42,476 bases of DNA from Escherichia phage forsur. A program made the position numbers and the translations under genes. The notes below the pieces were generated by a model. It was not told where the DNA came from and searched no databases. It worked only from the letters and a program-made list of their open reading frames with translations. Positions 40,558 to 42,476 of the stretch are shown here, one piece after another. Every line of letters starts with the position of its first letter. Positions within the stretch are counted from its first letter, which is position 1. The DNA is taken from sequence record MN850617.1. The stretch is one strand, 5' to 3'.

Positions 40558-41532
40558 ATGAGTAGACTTCAACGCTTACTCCACAATGCAGAGGAACTTG
40601 ATGACCAGTTTGATGGTTACGTGTCTGGTCGTATCTTGCTGTGCGATGCTGACTCCACGGTCTACGTCGCGGCAGCAACCACGAAGAACATCGAGACAGC
40701 GAAGACACGATTCTGTTCCGGGGTACTGACCGCCAAGTTCCTCGCCAATGCTCAGTCAGTTCGTATCGAGTTGACCGCTGCGGAGTGTACGAAAGCTGGA
40801 CGGTACAAGCTGCGTGGGGCCAAGCTGTACCAAGGCAACCGAGACAAAGACCGCAAGCCCGGTCTGGTCGAACCGTTGCGTAAAGCAATTGGCCGGAACA
40901 TGTTCAACGTCCCGGATGGTGAGGACTGGTACGTCCACCTGAACTTTGAGTTCGAGGCAGACGATACCTTAATCATGGATGCGTGGACGATTGGCATTAA
41001 CGATGCAGTAATCTACAGCGCGGATAAAGACCTGCGTTGTTGGCCGGGCAGATTCCTTGACCCGTATGACAACAAGGTGCTGGAGCCGTGCGTTGGTATT
41101 GGCAGGCTGTGGTGGCATGAAACGAAAAGCGACAAGTCGCTGGTCGGCCATGGGCCTATCTTCTTTTGGGCGCAGATGTTGATGGGCGACACCGCCGACA
41201 ACATTGCTGGCGTGAAGAAGGTTGGTAAGCAGACTGCCTACGACATGCTGGTTGATTATCAAGAGATTGATGATGAATCAGTGGTTGCGGAATTGGTGCT
41301 GCGTGAGTACATGCAGCGTGACCAGAACCCGTGGCCGGAGGCAGTGGCGCTGTGGCTGTACCGCACGCCGACCTACTCATTCGCAGCCCACTTGAACACG
41401 CTGACCTTGAGCAAGGAGCTGCGTGTCTGGCTGCATAAGAAACTGGGTGAGGAATGGTATGCGGAAAGTGACTGGCGCGACTCTGTTGCAGCTTCGGAAG
41501 AATGCGATGGGTTGCAACTGCCCACTCTGTGA
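40558..41532 (+). CDS. 5'-3' exonuclease (FEN/T7 gp6-like, 324 aa)
   Basis: PIN-like acidic clusters (LCDADS, ADDTLI, SADKDL) and the H3TH motif MGDTADNIAGVKKVGKQTAYDML. Confidence 0.88.
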   Translation: MSRLQRLLHNAEELDDQFDGYVSGRILLCDADSTVYVAAATTKNIETAKTRFCSGVLTAKFLANAQSVRIELTAAECTKAGRYKLRGAKLYQGNRDKDRKPGLVEPLRKAIGRNMFNVPDGEDWYVHLNFEFEADDTLIMDAWTIGINDAVIYSADKDLRCWPGRFLDPYDNKVLEPCVGIGRLWWHETKSDKSLVGHGPIFFWAQMLMGDTADNIAGVKKVGKQTAYDMLVDYQEIDDESVVAELVLREYMQRDQNPWPEAVALWLYRTPTYSFAAHLNTLTLSKELRVWLHKKLGEEWYAESDWRDSVAASEECDGLQLPTL

Positions 41533-41839
41533 TGAGCCGATGGTTGACCTCAAGCTCATGGTGGTTGACCACGACCATGTGACTGGAGAGATTCGCGGTG
41601 TTATCTGCCGCTGGTGTAATGCTCAGCTCGGTAAGGTGGAGAACTCTGCCAACCGAGCAAAGCGCCAGCGCACAGTGGATGACTGGTTGGATAGCGCCAT
41701 CGAGTGGCGACGTAAGCAGCACACTGGTCTGATGTATCCGACACATAAGACAGAGGCTGAGAAGAAAGCGGCAGCAGCCGACAGACGTAAAAAGGCAGCA
41801 GCAGCTAAAGCGCGTGCCATAATCACTAAGGGGAAATGA
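41459..41839 (+). CDS. recombination endonuclease VII (126 aa)
   Basis: Start trimmed to ATG 41459 (GAGGA upstream). CNCPLC..VDHDHVTGEIRGVICRWCNAQLG signature. Overlaps the exonuclease gene by 74 nt. Confidence 0.85.
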   Translation: MRKVTGATLLQLRKNAMGCNCPLCDEPMVDLKLMVVDHDHVTGEIRGVICRWCNAQLGKVENSANRAKRQRTVDDWLDSAIEWRRKQHTGLMYPTHKTEAEKKAAAADRRKKAAAAKARAIITKGK

Positions 41840-42476
41840 TGACGAAGTTAAGTAACGCACAGCTCAAGGCAGATATCGCTGAGGGTCTTGGCACCACTGA
41901 GATTGCTGAGAAGCATGACATGACCACGGGTGCCATTCGATACCGGAAGCGCCAGCTTGCCAAGAGCGGCTGGAGTCCTGAGCACGACATGACCAAGGAA
42001 GTGCCGGAGCCGTATGCGGTTAAGGGTACGTCCACGCTGTATGATAAGGACGGCAACGTGGTCATGCAGTGGGTGAAGACTGCGCTCGACCGTGAGCAGG
42101 AGCTGGCCCTGCTGCAAGAGGCAGTGGATGCAATCAGCGAAACCATTACCCCGGAAGTGGCCCGGCCATTCAGCGGTGGCCCGGCACCTGCTGAGCTGCT
42201 GAACCTGTTCATCCTCACTGACTACCACCTCGGTATGCTGGCGTGGTCAGAGGAAACTGGTGATGACTGGGATATGAAGATTGCCGAAGACCTGCTGGTC
42301 AAGTGGTTCGCGGCAGCCATTGCCAGTGCGCCACCAGCACAGGTTGCTATCTTCGGACAGCTCGGTGACTTCCTACACTGGGATGGGTTAGATGCAGTGA
42401 CGCCATCGAGTGGGCATGTGCTGGATGCTGACACGCGATTCCAGAAGCTGGTGCGTGTGGCTATCCGGGCGCAGCG
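41839..42476 (+). CDS. N-terminal part of the HTH-containing calcineurin-like metallophosphoesterase (continues at 2..487; about 374 aa in total)
   Basis: AAGGGG 5 nt upstream of ATG 41839 (alternative ATG 41836). N-terminal HTH-like GLGTTEIAEKHDMTTGAIRYRKRQL, then LTDYHLG (DxH) and GQLGDFLHWD (GD) motifs. No stop before the window end. Confidence 0.8.
   Translation, partial: MTKLSNAQLKADIAEGLGTTEIAEKHDMTTGAIRYRKRQLAKSGWSPEHDMTKEVPEPYAVKGTSTLYDKDGNVVMQWVKTALDREQELALLQEAVDAISETITPEVARPFSGGPAPAELLNLFILTDYHLGMLAWSEETGDDWDMKIAEDLLVKWFAAAIASAPPAQVAIFGQLGDFLHWDGLDAVTPSSGHVLDADTRFQKLVRVAIRAQ

Overview
The window reads as one complete, circularly permuted ~42.5-kb genome of a T7-supergroup podophage (Autographiviridae-like). 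An ORF running off the right edge continues in frame at position 2, so the two window ends are contiguous. All credible genes are on the + strand.

Gene order is phiKMV-like. Starting at a ~1.6-kb non-coding control region (25872-27451), it runs:
- four tandem sigma70 early promoters and a long leader;
- about 25 small early genes (27.4-33.1 kb);
- a replication module (primase, DnaB-like helicase, nucleotidyltransferase, family-A DNA polymerase, 5'-3' exonuclease, endonuclease VII; 33.2-41.8 kb);
- nucleotide-metabolism genes (HTH-metallophosphoesterase across the window junction, HAD phosphatase, MazG-like pyrophosphohydrolase);
- a single-subunit RNA polymerase (2124-4559);
- the structural genes (portal, scaffold, capsid, tail tubular A/B, three internal virion proteins, tailspike);
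- the terminase and a lysis cassette (u-spanin candidate, holin candidate, GH108 endolysin).

No tRNA, rRNA, CRISPR array or transposable element was seen.

The most unusual signals are:
1. A 0.5-kb tract almost free of A on the + strand. It lies next to an inverted, leftward-facing perfect copy of the 23-nt phage-RNAP promoter and contains a T7 class-II pause-like site.
2. A family of covarying intergenic hairpins with an invariant UUGCGA loop, followed at a fixed offset by a GGCAATNNTGCC box. These flank a set of paralogous acidic early proteins that share an SFEA(D/E) acidic/aromatic C-terminal tail.
3. Many membrane micro-ORFs shorter than 60 aa, which the ORF track does not show.

All functional calls rest on motifs read by eye and on gene order. 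No database search was possible.
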